From positions 64,001-128,000 of the forward strand of contig CAWGMK010000013.1 of the NCBI GenBank assembly GCA_963823655.1: 64,000 bases of DNA, read 5' to 3'. Source of the stretch: an uncultured Bacillota bacterium (GTDB taxonomy: Bacteria; Bacillota; DTU025; MWDF01). Below are positions 1 through 8,122 of this stretch, one piece after another. Both the position numbers and the translations under genes were made by a program. Under the pieces are notes generated by a model. It made no database searches. It was not told the origin of the DNA and saw only the letters and a list, made by a program, of their open reading frames with translations. Numbering within the stretch: position 1 is the stretch's first letter; each line of letters starts with the position of its first letter.

Positions 1-170
1 CCAGGAAAAACCTTTTAGCTGTCGCAAACACCAAAGACAAGCGAAGTCAAACCAAGTTATTCACCTCCACCGGCAAGAGGATAAGGAATGATTCGGCCTT
101 GCGCATGCTTCGCCACAGTAGAAGAACAAGTCGTAACCAATTCTTATGGTTCAGTTGTAAAGCACTAGCA

Positions 171-340
171 TTAAGGCGTAATAGCCTTAATCGGATCCCT
201 TAGTTCAGCCTGCTTTGAGACGAACGCTATCTGCGCTTCGCTATACCTCTTTTTCCTCATCCGCTTACTACCCTTTCTGTAAATCATTCTCCTTTTGACT
301 AACACCAAAGGTGGTATCGTTTTTCAGGGGGGGCAGATCG
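171..340 (-). mobile_element. IS3-family (IS407-like) left-end remnant: degenerate terminal IR plus truncated orfA
   Basis: The minus strand reads CGATCTGCCCCCCCTGAAAA from 340, resembling the TGAYCTGCCCCC IS3/IS407-type end. ORF 260->171 MRKKRYSEAQIAFVSKQAELRDPIKAITP* resembles the IS3 OrfA N-terminus (xxKRFSEEQIAFxLKQAE) and stops after 29 aa. Confidence 0.6.
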
Positions 341-462
341 AACCCGAAAGGGATCAAGCTTATAAGAAAGCATGTGGATTTCTAGCGAGATGGACTCCCT
401 GTGATTTTGAGTCAGCTTCCTTGAAGTTTTTAATAGATGGGGGACATCTATAGAGCAATGGT

Positions 463-963
463 TCATGATGGCAGAAGTATTTTCTTCCTTCGCGACTTCC
501 TCAGGAACAAGACGTAAACTACTAATCCAGTAAGCAGCATGCTCAGCTCAATAGATGTAGCGATTATGGTCCCAGAGTCAAGCGTCATGCCAGTCATTGT
601 GAAACCGATTTTGTTATATAGACCAAGGCCAACTCTATGCGTTTTATCAAAGAAAATAGGCAAATTATCCCATACAATAAAATCCAGAATCCAATGGCTA
701 AAAACAACAAGTCCTATTACGAAACCGCTCTGTAACTTTCTGCAGAAAAACGAGGCACTCATGCCGGCGGAAATTGACCAGATGATTGCCATAAACAAAC
801 TATGGGACCATGGATTATAATCGAGTTTATCAAGACCTAAAACCAGGAAAATGAAATAGATCAGATCGATTGCATAAGCGGCTATCAAAAGAACAATGAC
901 AGGTATTTGAAGTGCGTATTTTTTTGCGGCAAAACCAATTGCTAGATGCCCAGTTGGCGACAT
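463..963 (-). CDS. Membrane-bound metal-dependent hydrolase-like protein
   Basis: Motifs GHLAIG, DL, WSHSL and SHWILD lie within hydrophobic segments; GGAGGT RBS before the ATG at 963. Confidence 0.65.
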   Translation of the reverse strand: MSPTGHLAIGFAAKKYALQIPVIVLLIAAYAIDLIYFIFLVLGLDKLDYNPWSHSLFMAIIWSISAGMSASFFCRKLQSGFVIGLVVFSHWILDFIVWDNLPIFFDKTHRVGLGLYNKIGFTMTGMTLDSGTIIATSIELSMLLTGLVVYVLFLRKSRRKKILLPS

Positions 964-1030
964 AATATTACCTCCCGAAGACTTCACGCAAGAACCAACA
1001 TATTGATATTGCATTCATTCATGATGCTTT

Positions 1031-1786
1031 TTAAGCATTTGTTACATTCCGCAATTTTAGGAGTCTAATGGCGAACAGAATCATCCAAGCTATAGTTAGA
1101 AGTCCGCCGAGTGTTGCAAGTGTCATTGCTAGATTTTCCGTGTCAGGAATAAATGTTGCCAAAACAAAATAGACAATGAATAGAGCAGATCCAGCTATCC
1201 CCAAATAGGCAGTGATCTTGCTGAAAACCCCACCGTTCAACATGACAATGGATATGAGGAGGCTGGCGATGGTTGGCAACAAGAATCCAAGGAAGACGCC
1301 GGGACTACCGTGAGCCCCTCTCGCGAGCATCGCTTCGCCGGCCGCAGCAAGGAGGTCTCTTTGAGCGGCTGTTGTAGCAAGCTCATATTTGCTGCTTAAA
1401 GACAGCATCGGCAAAGCTGTGTTATTTGTGATAAAAACGGCTGTACCGATGGAAAACACAATCATTACCAATGCAGAATATACTTTGTTCACTTGCCGAT
1501 GAGCGGCACATAGAGCAAAGAAAGCCGGAATCATGACAATCGCAGTCGTCATGTTCAGCAGATCAAGATAATAGAGCCCCAGCAACTGGTTGCTTTGAAA
1601 CTGAGCGAACCGGCCAACTGCGGTCTGTGGAATAGAAGTTGGGTCGCCGCCGAGCAATATGCTAATGGCAATGTCCAGCAGACTAGCACAAACGACAATA
1701 AGTGCAGTGACGCCTCCTAGCAAATAGATGCTCTTCCATTGCTTCGCGGTTCTTTCAACCTCATCAATCTGATTTTTTGTAGTCAT
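1031..1786 (-). CDS. DUF4386-like polytopic membrane protein
   Basis: 251 aa with about 6 TM helices and a GGAGG RBS; overall pattern typical of DUF4386. Confidence 0.6.
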   Translation of the reverse strand: MTTKNQIDEVERTAKQWKSIYLLGGVTALIVVCASLLDIAISILLGGDPTSIPQTAVGRFAQFQSNQLLGLYYLDLLNMTTAIVMIPAFFALCAAHRQVNKVYSALVMIVFSIGTAVFITNNTALPMLSLSSKYELATTAAQRDLLAAAGEAMLARGAHGSPGVFLGFLLPTIASLLISIVMLNGGVFSKITAYLGIAGSALFIVYFVLATFIPDTENLAMTLATLGGLLTIAWMILFAIRLLKLRNVTNA

Positions 1787-1801
1787 TTGTTTCTGCCTCC
1801 T

Positions 1802-2403
1802 TTACGATACCCAATTATATTGGAAAATAGACTGATCAATACAAAAGTCGACCAGTTGATCCCTTTGCTCTGCATTCTCGATATCGATTCCAAAGACTTC
1901 CTTCAGCACTTTCTTTCTCAAAAAGGCGGCTTCGATAGAAGAAACAAGCATATGCAATAGTTGCTGCAATTCCAGATCCGATTTGCCGTTTCCACATATT
2001 GTCCTGGCAATGGGAGCAAACATTTTTACAACTTGGACACTGTTATCTGACGCATCCGGTGAAACGAAATCTTTGGTTATTGATATTCTCGAAACGCCTG
2101 GGTTCATGACCATGAACGCGGTGATTCCTCTGCCAAGTGTTTTCATTTGGTCAATCGGCGCTATTTCCGCATTTTGGTTCATTGAACCGAGTTGTTCAAT
2201 CGAATGACTGGATCAATTCCAGAGTACACAGGTTGATAAGATTCGTCTTTTGTCTGAAAATGATAATTGATCAATCCAATTCCCACACCTGCATTTGCTG
2301 CGATATCCCTGACCGTGATTTTTGAAATATCGCCATGTTTCTTAATCAACTCAATCGTCGCGTGAATGATCTTCTCTTTTATTCCTTTATCCTGTTTGAC
2401 CAT
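1802..2403 (-). CDS. TetR/AcrR transcriptional regulator (frameshift near 2245)
   Basis: HTH ITVRDIAANAGVGIGLINYHFQTKD in ORF 2179..2508; the C-terminal domain continues in ORF 1802..2182. ATG at 2403 with AAGGAG RBS. Confidence 0.8.
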
Positions 2404-2445
2404 TTTGATCTCCTTGTAATTGCTGTATATTAATCTTGGTTTGAG

Positions 2446-2476
2446 TATTGAACAATGTATTGAACGACGTTCAATA
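2446..2476. promoter_or_regulatory. Putative TetR operator
   Basis: Perfect palindrome TATTGAACG-A-CGTTCAATA (2458-2476) plus an extra half-site TATTGAAC at 2446, upstream of the TetR gene. Confidence 0.6.
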
Positions 2477-2799
2477 TGCATATTATTACCGAACAATCTT
2501 CTTGTCAATACTCAACTGCAAGAATGTTTAACTGCAATATTAAGAATTCTGAAAAGCAAAATAGATACATTATAGCTCAGGCGTGCTTCGTTCTTTTGCA
2601 CCATTATTGTGACTCTTGGACGCCCGCCTTTATCTGTGCCCGAATTGCTTAATACGTATCCATCAGCTTTCCTTGTCTATTCCTTCAATTCTGACTTATT
2701 ATTATAAAGTATGGTTAAATCTGAAGATTCCAACACCGGAAAATATAAGGCCAAGTCGCTGGCAGCGGCATTGATTGGTATACCTTAGGAGGATTGCTG

Positions 2800-4350
2800 A
2801 TGAGCGGTTACAAGGGACATGTCGGGGATATTGTGACAATCAAAGAAAGAATCAGACATATCGTTGCTGAGGCTGTTGGAGTCCCTGCCGGCGATGTTGG
2901 GCTAAATGACCCGATAATCGAGAAATTCAAATTGGATAGCCTTCAAGCTATGGAGATATTAGCGAAGGTTGAAGACGAATATTCTCTTCTAATCCCCGAT
3001 GATGAGTATTTCAAGTGCAGATGCGTAGGTGAAATCGCGCAAGTTGTCGCAGGCAAGCTCGGCATTGCCGGAGGGTCAATTCAACAGGCGTTTGAGAAGT
3101 CGGACACCTTCAAATCCGGAAGAATTTCGGAATTCTCAAAATCTAGGGAGTACGCAGCGTTCATGGCGCGGAAGAAGTCCCTGGACAAGCTCGGCAATCC
3201 ATATTTTATCAAGCATGATTCGACCATCGGAGATACTTCAATTGTGGATGGACTTGAGGTCCTAAATTTCGGCTCATATAACTACATATGCCTCTCGGGC
3301 AACCCTGTAACCGTAAAAGCAGCTCAGGATGCAGCTGCAAAATTCGGCACATCTGCTTCAGGCAGCAGGCTTCTGGCAGGGGATAAATCCTTGTACTGGG
3401 AGCTTGAAAGGGAGATAGCAGACTGGAAGCATACAGAGGATGCCATAGTGATGGTAAGCGGGCATGCAACGAATGTCACGACTGTGGGCTGCCTATGCAA
3501 TGAGAACGACCTCATCGTGTATGACGCGCTTTCCCATAACTCAATAATCCAGGGGACGTTGCTTTCAAAAAGCCAGTCCAGGTCCTTTCCTCACAACGAC
3601 ATAGCGGCTCTTGAAGCCATGCTTAAGGAGCACAGGGACAAATTCGAGAAGGTTCTTCTCATAGTAGAGGGCGTTTACAGCATGGACGGGGATATTGCTC
3701 CTCTTCCGGAGTTCGTAAGGCTGAAGAAAGAATACGGACTGCTGCTAATGGCAGACGAAGCACATTCTACATGCGTTATTGGCGAACATGGCGGGGGAGT
3801 GGACGAATACTTCAAGCTTATGCCAGGTGACATCGACATTAAGATGGGCACCCTGTCTAAGGGTTTGGGCACATGCGGCGGCTACATCGCTTCATCCGCA
3901 GAGCTTGTTGACTGGCTTAGGTACAATGCACCCGGCTTCGTGTTTTCGGTAGGCATTAGCCCTGTGCTGGCCGCTGCATGCCTTGCGGGAATCAAGGAGC
4001 TGAGGCGCGACAATTCGGCAGTAAAGAAGCTTCACGGGAATATCGACGCATTCATGAGGGCTGCGAAGCGAAGGAAGCTTGATACCGTCCTTGCAGGGCA
4101 GACGGCAATCATACCGATAATGATAGGCCCTGACGAAGCGGCTTTCGCCCTTAGCGTGGCGATGCTGAAAAAGGGTGTATTCGTGCCGCCCGCAGTCTAC
4201 CCGGCCGTACCGAACGGAAAGGCGAGGCTGAGATACTGCGTGTGCAGCGATCATTCTGAAGCACAGATTGAGAAAGCGCTTGACTGCCTGGAGCAGACCG
4301 CAGATGAGTTGAGTATAATCCTGCCGAGGATGAAGTCATCGTCGTTCTAA
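2800..4350 (+). CDS. Acyl carrier protein fused to a PLP-dependent alpha-oxoamine synthase (BioF/SPT/WcbT-like)
   Basis: N-terminal ACP with the LDSL phosphopantetheine serine. The AOS domain has NFGSYNY, GSRLLAG, HNS, GVYSMDGD, DEAHS and GTLSK (PLP lysine). AGGAGG RBS before the ATG at 2800. Confidence 0.85.
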   Translation: MSGYKGHVGDIVTIKERIRHIVAEAVGVPAGDVGLNDPIIEKFKLDSLQAMEILAKVEDEYSLLIPDDEYFKCRCVGEIAQVVAGKLGIAGGSIQQAFEKSDTFKSGRISEFSKSREYAAFMARKKSLDKLGNPYFIKHDSTIGDTSIVDGLEVLNFGSYNYICLSGNPVTVKAAQDAAAKFGTSASGSRLLAGDKSLYWELEREIADWKHTEDAIVMVSGHATNVTTVGCLCNENDLIVYDALSHNSIIQGTLLSKSQSRSFPHNDIAALEAMLKEHRDKFEKVLLIVEGVYSMDGDIAPLPEFVRLKKEYGLLLMADEAHSTCVIGEHGGGVDEYFKLMPGDIDIKMGTLSKGLGTCGGYIASSAELVDWLRYNAPGFVFSVGISPVLAAACLAGIKELRRDNSAVKKLHGNIDAFMRAAKRRKLDTVLAGQTAIIPIMIGPDEAAFALSVAMLKKGVFVPPAVYPAVPNGKARLRYCVCSDHSEAQIEKALDCLEQTADELSIILPRMKSSSF

Positions 4351-4407
4351 GAACTGGTTCATCAGTAATCCTGCCAGGAGCTACAGAATTAGAATTGAGG
4401 TGCTGCA

Positions 4408-4686
4408 GTGGAAAACAGTGAGATCGCTATTAAGGCAACAGCCTTTTCGGACGAGAATAGGGTGAAGATCCTCAAGATGCTGGCCACAAAGGAACTATGC
4501 GCCTGCAATATACTTGAGTACCTTGGCATATCCCAGCCGACGCTCTCATATCACATGAGGCTTCTTACGGAATCCGGGCTGGTCATCGCAAGAAGAAACG
4601 GCAAGTGGACTTACTACTCTCTGAACATGTCCGATTTTTCTGCTCTTAGGGACGCGCTGGATGAAATCGTGCAGACCAAGATTTAG
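4408..4686 (+). CDS. ArsR/SmtB family regulator
   Basis: ELCACNI, ISQPTLSYHMRLL and RRNGKWTYY winged-HTH motifs. Confidence 0.9.
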   Translation: MENSEIAIKATAFSDENRVKILKMLATKELCACNILEYLGISQPTLSYHMRLLTESGLVIARRNGKWTYYSLNMSDFSALRDALDEIVQTKI

Positions 4687-4828
4687 GACCTGCCAAATCT
4701 AAACTGCGAGGAATAGGGGCTGAGAAGCGGAAGCCGGGCGAGAAACAAGCAAAAGCGTCTGCTCGGTCAAATTTTATGATTATGTCTGTCAGTCGGCAAT
4801 TCCAGGTTCAATGGAGGGAGGCAAGACG

Positions 4829-5404
4829 ATGGCCTATTACAGGAAACTAGTGGGAAAACTGTGCTATCTATCGCCAATCGACCCGGAGAATTACGGCGTC
4901 TTTACGGAGTGGGTCAATGATTTGGAAGCCAGCCTTGGCATGATATTCCTCCATTCCATAATCGGCGAAGCGAAGGAGAAAGAGGTGATGGACAGGCTGA
5001 AGGACGGCCTTAACTTCACCATTGTGGATTCCTCCACCGATAAGGCTATAGGATCATGCGGGATACCAAGCATTGATGAGCGAAACAAGCACTGCGAAGT
5101 AGGGATATTCATAGGCGACCCTGACAAGCGCGGAAAGGGCTACGGCACGGATGCCATGTCATTGATACTGGAGTTCGCTTTCAGCATCCTGAACATGCAC
5201 AGCGTGGCTTTAAGAGTCTATGATTACAACAAGCCTGCCATAAGGTGCTACGAGAAGTGCGGGTTTAAACTAGCCGGTCGGCTCAGGCATGCAAAGCGCA
5301 TAGGCGGCGCCTGGCATGATGAGCTGATAATGGACATATTGGAGGACGAGTTCGAATCGAAAATCGTCGGCCCTGCAATAAGAAAACGGGAAGGTCGAGC
5401 ATAG
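4829..5404 (+). CDS. GNAT N-acetyltransferase (RimJ/RimL type)
   Basis: RGKGYG acetyl-CoA motif and NKPAIRCYEKCGF; GGAGG RBS. Confidence 0.85.
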   Translation: MAYYRKLVGKLCYLSPIDPENYGVFTEWVNDLEASLGMIFLHSIIGEAKEKEVMDRLKDGLNFTIVDSSTDKAIGSCGIPSIDERNKHCEVGIFIGDPDKRGKGYGTDAMSLILEFAFSILNMHSVALRVYDYNKPAIRCYEKCGFKLAGRLRHAKRIGGAWHDELIMDILEDEFESKIVGPAIRKREGRA

Positions 5405-5405
5405 A

Positions 5406-6045
5406 ATGCCGCGCATTTGGAATATGAGCTATGAGGAAGAGGTGGCAAACGCCGTCACACATGGAGTGATGGCGATGTTGGCACTTTTCTTCCTGCCATA
5501 TGTGGCAGTCATCGGTTACATAGAAAAAGGGTCCTATCGGCTCAATAACTAAAAGCGTGTTCGTGATCAGCCTGTTCCTGATGTTCACAAGCTCATGCCT
5601 TTATCACTCCATGGCCTTCGAAAGCAAGCATAAGCAAGTACTGAGATTACTGGATCATATATTCATTTTCGTTGCTATCGCAGGCAGCTACACCCCTATC
5701 GGGCTTCTGGTCATAGGAGGTCCATGGGGAATAGGGATTGTAGCATTTCAGTGGCTTCTTGTATTGATAGGCGCCTTAAACAAGACACTATCCAAGAAGG
5801 GGGGACAGAAGGCGAGCCTTGCTTTCTACCTGCTTATGGGCTGGAGCGCCGTAGTGTTGTTCCCGGTTATGGTCAATAAGGCAGGAACTGGCCTTATGGT
5901 GTCGATCGTTGCTGGAGGCCTATTCTATTCAGTTGGGGCCACGATTTACGCGTTCAAGGGGTTTAAGTATCACCACATGGTATGGCACCTTTTTATTAAC
6001 CTGGGAGCTTTATCTCACTTTATTGGAATAGTATTCCTGACTTAG
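5406..6045 (+). CDS. Hemolysin III / PAQR family membrane protein (TrhA-like; frameshift in an A-run near 5527)
   Basis: EEVANAVTHG read from the ATG at 5406, then SCLYHS, LDHIFIFVAIAGSYTP and HMVWHLF in ORF 5557..6045. Confidence 0.85.
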
Positions 6046-6217
6046 CCTCATCTTAAGTACATCTTCGGGGATATTACCGATTTTCAGCGTCGGTCGCTTT
6101 GAATGCTGCTTTGAGGAAGAGATGCAGGGTATACCCCTGCAATAAGATGGCAGAGTCCGAACACTTTTACGAAATTCGGACCTGTTTCTCGGAAATTGGC
6201 GGACCGCTTGCCTACGA

Positions 6218-6649
6218 TCATCTTTCATCGATAAAGTCGCCACAACCTGTATAGGTGTTGTTTCCATAAGATATGACGACCGAGAGATCGTGCTGGTCGC
6301 CTTTCATATCATCTGTGCATTTTCCTCGGATGAGGATGACTGAGAGGCCGGGTTTCGTATCCGAGTATTCGATAAGAACAGATTCGTCAGTCAGAGGGAC
6401 AACTCTGCTTGCCGCTCCGGACGATAGGGACAGATCCCCATAATCAAGAATAGCATTCATTTCTTCTGCTCCGTGCATCTCCACCCTCCAGCCGGGCTCG
6501 CTTCCTAGCGCGATGATACTGCCTCCTTCGGATAGCACTTCATACAGTGGCGCCTGCAACTGCAGCATGTTCAATGCAATAAGCCCTAAGCAGGTACAAA
6601 GTGCAACTACCGGAATAAGCAGGAGCAGGTCGCGTTTCCTAATTGCCAT
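6218..6649 (-). CDS. Membrane-anchored hypothetical protein (COG3650-like)
   Basis: N-terminal TM helix; GSEPGW and C-terminal CTDDM...YTGCG pattern; GGAGG RBS. Confidence 0.55.
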   Translation of the reverse strand: MAIRKRDLLLLIPVVALCTCLGLIALNMLQLQAPLYEVLSEGGSIIALGSEPGWRVEMHGAEEMNAILDYGDLSLSSGAASRVVPLTDESVLIEYSDTKPGLSVILIRGKCTDDMKGDQHDLSVVISYGNNTYTGCGDFIDER

Positions 6650-6729
6650 TCTTCAACCTCCGGGCATTATTGACGCTTTAAAGGCATGAGGATTTGCTCT
6701 CATGCTATTATTATGGCATGGAGGTGGCC

Positions 6730-7989
6730 ATGATGAAGAGAATAACAGCTTTGATGATAGCCGCTATGCTTATTACATTGACGATTATCTCCGGAGCAGG
6801 GGCCTACAATTATAAGTCACACAGAGCAATAGCAGCAGAAGCCTTCCACACACTTGCTGTATATTGGCCCGATGAGTACAAGGACTATCAGTCGTTAAAG
6901 GGTTTCAGCCCGGAGGTCAGATCATTAAGGCTGAGGCCGGCGACTTTCTATATACTAGACAGCGTGCAGATGAGCGTCGACGAATCTCCGGAGGTCGACA
7001 ACTACAACGACGTTGAGCTTGTGAAGGTTAAATCCAAACTGGACAACCCTCATATTGACGAAGACATGGTATCTAACGATATCCCTGCATTCAATTACGG
7101 AAGCTCCAACTTCACATCATTCAACCACTTCATAGACATCAAGAAGGGGCAGGGGATTTTCGACGATTACGATGGTTATTCCTTCGAGAGGGGCTCTGCC
7201 AGGGAGGGCGGATATCAAAAAGCTGTGGATGCAGCGACAAGCTTCATGGAGAAAGTATTCGCCTGGGTGACAGGATACTCCGTAGACAAGGGGATAACTT
7301 GGTGGTTCAGGGATAACTACGTGCACGTTCTCGGTGAAGAATGGTACAGAGGGTGCTCTCCTGCAATGGAGCATTATTCCTTTCCTGATGACCTAGGGGC
7401 TTACGCTACAGTGGAAGCAGAGCTGGCAGCGAGGTTCCCCAAGTCCAGCCCCGGAGGCGGGGAGGGTGAAGGCATACCATACTCCGTATTCATGCCTTTG
7501 GACAATCTCGCCAAGTACTGGTACTTCAATTTCCTGAAAACCAAGGACCCGGTCTCTATGGGGCCCGTGCTGCATGCAATCGCAGACGCTTGCATACCGC
7601 ACCATTCCGCCGGGTACTCCGGCAACTGGCACACAAAGTATGAGGGGGATATCGAGGACAGGATATCCGTATGGCTCTCGAAAGAGGGCTATGTAGAGGA
7701 AGTCAAGGAGTTATCTGACAGCTGGTTCTGGCTTGATCCAGATCCGCCGTCGTCGCTAAGAGGCAATGAGTGGAGCAGGAAACCTGCAGTCAACTGGGAC
7801 ATAGACATGCTAATCACCTGGCTCGCCCTGAACAGCTTCAAAGCGTCCTGGGAGGTATATGGCGAGTTCAAGGAGGGCTACATCCTGAACGAGGAGAGCG
7901 CCCAGGAACTGACTAAGCTTGCGACGGCAATGAGCTTGCTGGTAATAAGAAAAGCAGTCGCGGAAGTATACTTGATCAATAAGAAGTAG
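6730..7989 (+). CDS. Secreted protein, Zn-dependent phospholipase C / P1 nuclease-like fold
   Basis: Signal peptide; an N-terminal SH, EVD, NHF, LHAIADACIPHH and HTKYE mirror the order of the three-zinc ligands. Confidence 0.55.
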   Translation: MMKRITALMIAAMLITLTIISGAGAYNYKSHRAIAAEAFHTLAVYWPDEYKDYQSLKGFSPEVRSLRLRPATFYILDSVQMSVDESPEVDNYNDVELVKVKSKLDNPHIDEDMVSNDIPAFNYGSSNFTSFNHFIDIKKGQGIFDDYDGYSFERGSAREGGYQKAVDAATSFMEKVFAWVTGYSVDKGITWWFRDNYVHVLGEEWYRGCSPAMEHYSFPDDLGAYATVEAELAARFPKSSPGGGEGEGIPYSVFMPLDNLAKYWYFNFLKTKDPVSMGPVLHAIADACIPHHSAGYSGNWHTKYEGDIEDRISVWLSKEGYVEEVKELSDSWFWLDPDPPSSLRGNEWSRKPAVNWDIDMLITWLALNSFKASWEVYGEFKEGYILNEESAQELTKLATAMSLLVIRKAVAEVYLINKK

Positions 7990-8077
7990 GATGATGGGGA
8001 TTTGCGAGATTGGGCCAAGGTTTGCTCGTCAAACATGTCGAATGTAACAAGCAGGGATGATGCTAAGAAATAAAAGA

Positions 8078-8107
8078 GAAAGCCTGGGCTTTTCAGCCCA
8101 GGCTTTC
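8078..8107. terminator. Bidirectional rho-independent terminator
   Basis: 13-bp stem GAAAGCCTGGGCT-TTTC-AGCCCAGGCTTTC between convergent genes, with A/T tracts on both sides. Confidence 0.85.
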
Positions 8108-8122
8108 GTTTCTACTAGGAAG

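Noticed and set aside
3-203. Open + strand frame at the window start
   Set aside because: No start codon or recognisable motif, and it overlaps the IS stub on the other strand.
2800-4350. Plain bioF call
   Set aside because: It has a fused ACP and no biotin operon context, so the gene symbol was withheld.
4714-4745. TAGGGGCTGAGA resembling the 5' half of a TPP riboswitch
   Set aside because: No ACCC or CCTGAT 3' elements follow.
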